Part shown: one piece after another, positions 54,300-56,551 of the stretch
Layout: each line of letters begins with the position of its first letter
Numbering within the stretch: the first letter of the stretch is position 1
The notes under the pieces: model-generated
What the model was told of the DNA's origin: nothing
What the model saw: only the letters and a program-made list of their open reading frames with translations
The model's database searches: none
DNA from: Promethearchaeota archaeon
Lineage (GTDB): Archaea > Asgardarchaeota > Lokiarchaeia > Sigyniarchaeales > SOKP01
Assembly (NCBI GenBank): GCA_008080765.1
Contig: SHMU01000002.1
Span: forward strand, 1-56,551
Direction of reading: 5' to 3'
DNA length: 56,551 nucleotides
Program-made: the position numbers and the translations under genes

Positions 54300-55658
54300 T
54301 TATTTGCTGATATATTTCTTCAAGATATAATGCACACCAATCCCTATTCCCCATCCAAGGATACCAATTGGGCTCCAAGGAAACCCTCCCGTCAGTAAAT
54401 TTAATACGACCATATCTACACATGCGGGGATATATACATGTAAATGAATTCTAAAGGTCCATTTTAAGGCGTTTCTAGCTCTAAACATTAAGATCCAATA
54501 TAGTGAGTAGTGTGCGCTCAACCCAATTAACCAGCCCAGTGCTACAACCGGCAAAATTGCAATATCTAAAGACAAGACGAAAATTGTTATAGTTATTGCA
54601 ATCAATCCTACAACATAAATTACCATATGCCCTAAAAAGCTCCATTTCCACGCAACAAACCACTTAATTTTCGCTTGAATTTCCTTAGGGTCGACATCTT
54701 TAGCCTTTTCATTGAGCGAAGTTTCTGCCTTTTCCTTTAATTGCTTGTATTTCATCGCAACATAGGCATGAAAGGCTAAGAAAATACCCCAAAAAAGGAG
54801 ACTAATGAAGGGGCTCACTGTGTCAATAGGTTGGATCACTAATCCACGAATAATATTCAAGGGATTATATCCTATATAGAAGGCTGCATGAATGATAACC
54901 CCTTTTTTCACCGCCTCAATTGATTTCTGGTAAAAGTAGATGTAATAGCCAAATGCATGAATAATGACCGCCACTCCCCAGAGAATTGAACTTAAAATAC
55001 CGTCTACCAGATCAATAGGGAAGAATAATGCATAGATTAAAACTTGAGCAACAATGAAATAGATGATATGTGCTATCAATAAATAAAAAATGACCAGCTT
55101 AAATGTGGAAATTTTACGAGCTTTATCTTCGGTGATACCTGCTTCTTCTCGCATAAGCTTTGCTTTTTCCTTCTCCAATTTCTTATCCCAGGTAATATAT
55201 CCGAGACCATGAATGCCCAATCCAATACCCCATAGAAGTAAAGGCCAATAGAAGTAAATTACATTAAATAATCCTAAAATGCTTATATTTCCAAAAAACA
55301 CAATAAGATTTACCATTCCATAGACCCACGCATGGAAAATAAATAGTATTTTAAAGGGGGATTGTGTCTTTAGCTTAGCCAGAAAAGGCGTGACTGCATA
55401 ATATATCCCGTATATCAGCGCGTGAATTCCTACACCAATGCCCCAGCCTAATATAGGATAGATGGGCCAAAAGAACGTGATCCCTGTTGCTCCCATCGCT
55501 AGAAAGTATAGCAGTACCAACAAACCCATCACAGCAGCATACGCAAAGAGATGTATCACCAAAATGATACTCATCGCTTTTTCCGTTTTATCTGAAGATT
55601 CCAATTTCTTTTCAATTTTCTTTTCATTCATTATAAATTCATACCTCTTATTGTTCAT
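54300..55658 (-). CDS. Membrane protein built from six tandem 2TM-domain repeats
   Basis: The motif recurs six times: GWGIGVGIHALIYGIYY, LWGIGLGIHGLGYITW, LWGVAVIIHAFGYYIYF, FWGIFLAFHAYVAMKY, GWLIGLSAHYSLYWI, GWGIGIGVHYILKKY. Confidence 0.7.
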   Translation of the reverse strand: MNNKRYEFIMNEKKIEKKLESSDKTEKAMSIILVIHLFAYAAVMGLLVLLYFLAMGATGITFFWPIYPILGWGIGVGIHALIYGIYYAVTPFLAKLKTQSPFKILFIFHAWVYGMVNLIVFFGNISILGLFNVIYFYWPLLLWGIGLGIHGLGYITWDKKLEKEKAKLMREEAGITEDKARKISTFKLVIFYLLIAHIIYFIVAQVLIYALFFPIDLVDGILSSILWGVAVIIHAFGYYIYFYQKSIEAVKKGVIIHAAFYIGYNPLNIIRGLVIQPIDTVSPFISLLFWGIFLAFHAYVAMKYKQLKEKAETSLNEKAKDVDPKEIQAKIKWFVAWKWSFLGHMVIYVVGLIAITITIFVLSLDIAILPVVALGWLIGLSAHYSLYWILMFRARNALKWTFRIHLHVYIPACVDMVVLNLLTGGFPWSPIGILGWGIGIGVHYILKKYISK

Positions 55659-55939
55659 TAATTAAAGTTGTTAAATAATAAAGAGATACAGATATATAAA
55701 GACTTTATATAGACCATTATTTCTTCAATTAAGTAGTCCAATTTTTGCAAATTATGAAAATATCACATATAAATTTAGATGATGTTCTTAACCAATATTT
55801 CATATCAAATATATTTAGGAAAAGAAAAAACGAATTAAGAATAAAAGAAGAGAATGAAAAAAATAAACTTAGATAAGAATAGGAAAAAAATGAAAAAAGA
55901 AAGAGTATAGGAATAATTCGTGGTGTCTAAGTATTTTGT

Positions 55940-56350
55940 TTAAGCATTTCGTCTAAGCCATTCTTTTGCCACTTCTACATTATCCGCCTCTAGCAGCTGC
56001 AGCCCAGCAGGACCTGCTTTAGCGGAGTAATTTTCCACGGTCATACTTGTTAGTCCTGGATTTTCAGGCTTAATTGTTATGAAGTACTTTATCCCAATAC
56101 TTGCAAATGTGGGAAAAATATCAGTTTCGATGAAATTATGGATCTCTTTTTTAAAATTACCTGTAGCACTACTTGAGTCCACAATCCATGCGATCCCACC
56201 ATGCTTTTGGGCATGTTTTACACCCTCAATTAATACAGCCTCCTTAAACTCTTCCAAAGTTACATTATAGGTGGTCCATGTATCGATTATTGCTTTACAC
56301 GAGCCATCCCACTCGCTTATCATCTTACCAGGTACTTTTTGAACGATCAT
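55940..56350 (-). CDS. Hypothetical protein
   Basis: 136-aa ORF. Its ATG lies 15 nt from the IS right end. No recognisable family. Confidence 0.5.
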   Translation of the reverse strand: MIVQKVPGKMISEWDGSCKAIIDTWTTYNVTLEEFKEAVLIEGVKHAQKHGGIAWIVDSSSATGNFKKEIHNFIETDIFPTFASIGIKYFITIKPENPGLTSMTVENYSAKAGPAGLQLLEADNVEVAKEWLRRNA

Positions 56351-56365
56351 TTTAAAAAGTCACAA

Positions 56366-56551
56366 GTTGAAGCCTCCCCGCCCTAAAGGACGGGGATTCC
56401 CGCGAGTCCACTAAGCATTAGCTGACGGGCATATCTTAGGGCTGTTTGTCGCGGTAAACCCCTTCCACGTGCGTAGAAAGGATTCCTCCTTCAAGGAGGG
56501 TTGATGCGATAAGTCATCGGATGTCAAGAACTTTACCATGATATTCACGGC
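56366..56551 (-). mobile_element. Right-end portion of a second, inverted copy of the IS200/IS605-family element seen at 1-300
   Basis: It is the reverse complement of 115-300 with 3 mismatches. Hairpin at 56376-56395. It runs off the window. Confidence 0.75.
56411..56551 (-). CDS. tnpB: TnpB C-terminal fragment (5' part beyond the window)
   Basis: The minus strand reads ...AVNIMVKFLTSDDLSHQPSLKEESFLRTWKGFTATNSPKICPSANA-stop, differing from the left copy by D/E and P/S. Confidence 0.8.
   Translation of the reverse strand, partial: AVNIMVKFLTSDDLSHQPSLKEESFLRTWKGFTATNSPKICPSANA

Noticed and set aside
44708-56270. ORFs 44708..44908 (-), 48964..49179 (+), 49142..49339 (-, alternate frame), 54481..54663 (-, alternate frame), 55462..55665 (+) and 56079..56270 (+)
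   Set aside because: All are nested within or opposite better-supported longer CDSs.

Overview
AT-rich archaeal chromosomal segment, about 56.5 kb. Gene content suggests an Asgard (Lokiarchaeia-like) genome: an archaeal histone, an Sm protein, a roadblock-small-GTPase fusion, a RING-H2 protein, a steroid-5-alpha-reductase-like protein, and a tRNA with a non-canonical intron. This lineage assignment is inference only. Most of the window is ordinary metabolism and housekeeping. It holds indolepyruvate:ferredoxin oxidoreductase (iorAB), a tungsten-type aldehyde:ferredoxin oxidoreductase followed by two MoaD/ubiquitin-like genes, lpdA, glycerate 2-kinase, thiC and thiN, a LeuB-family dehydrogenase, GH38 and GH4 glycosidases, a P-type ATPase, an APC permease, and a TusA-DsrE-IscS-IscU sulfur/Fe-S operon. 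The main non-housekeeping signal is IS200/IS605 (TnpA/TnpB) material from two sequence families. Near-identical inverted tnpB 3' ends/right ends sit at both window edges. One element has tnpA plus a truncated tnpB (38.6-39.6 kb). One ~310-nt miniature derivative keeps both end hairpins (43.56-43.87 kb). Two protein-dead relics keep the omega-RNA-coding 3' segment (19.3-19.9 kb and 27.4-27.5 kb). Several enzyme paralogues have lost catalytic residues: IscS Lys to Asp, a GDH-like protein Lys to Ser, and an IscU-like protein with 1 of 3 Cys. An IscU is also fused to a degenerate thioredoxin-reductase NADPH-domain fragment. I saw no rRNA genes and no CRISPR array. All alignments were done by eye; no database searches or folding were possible.
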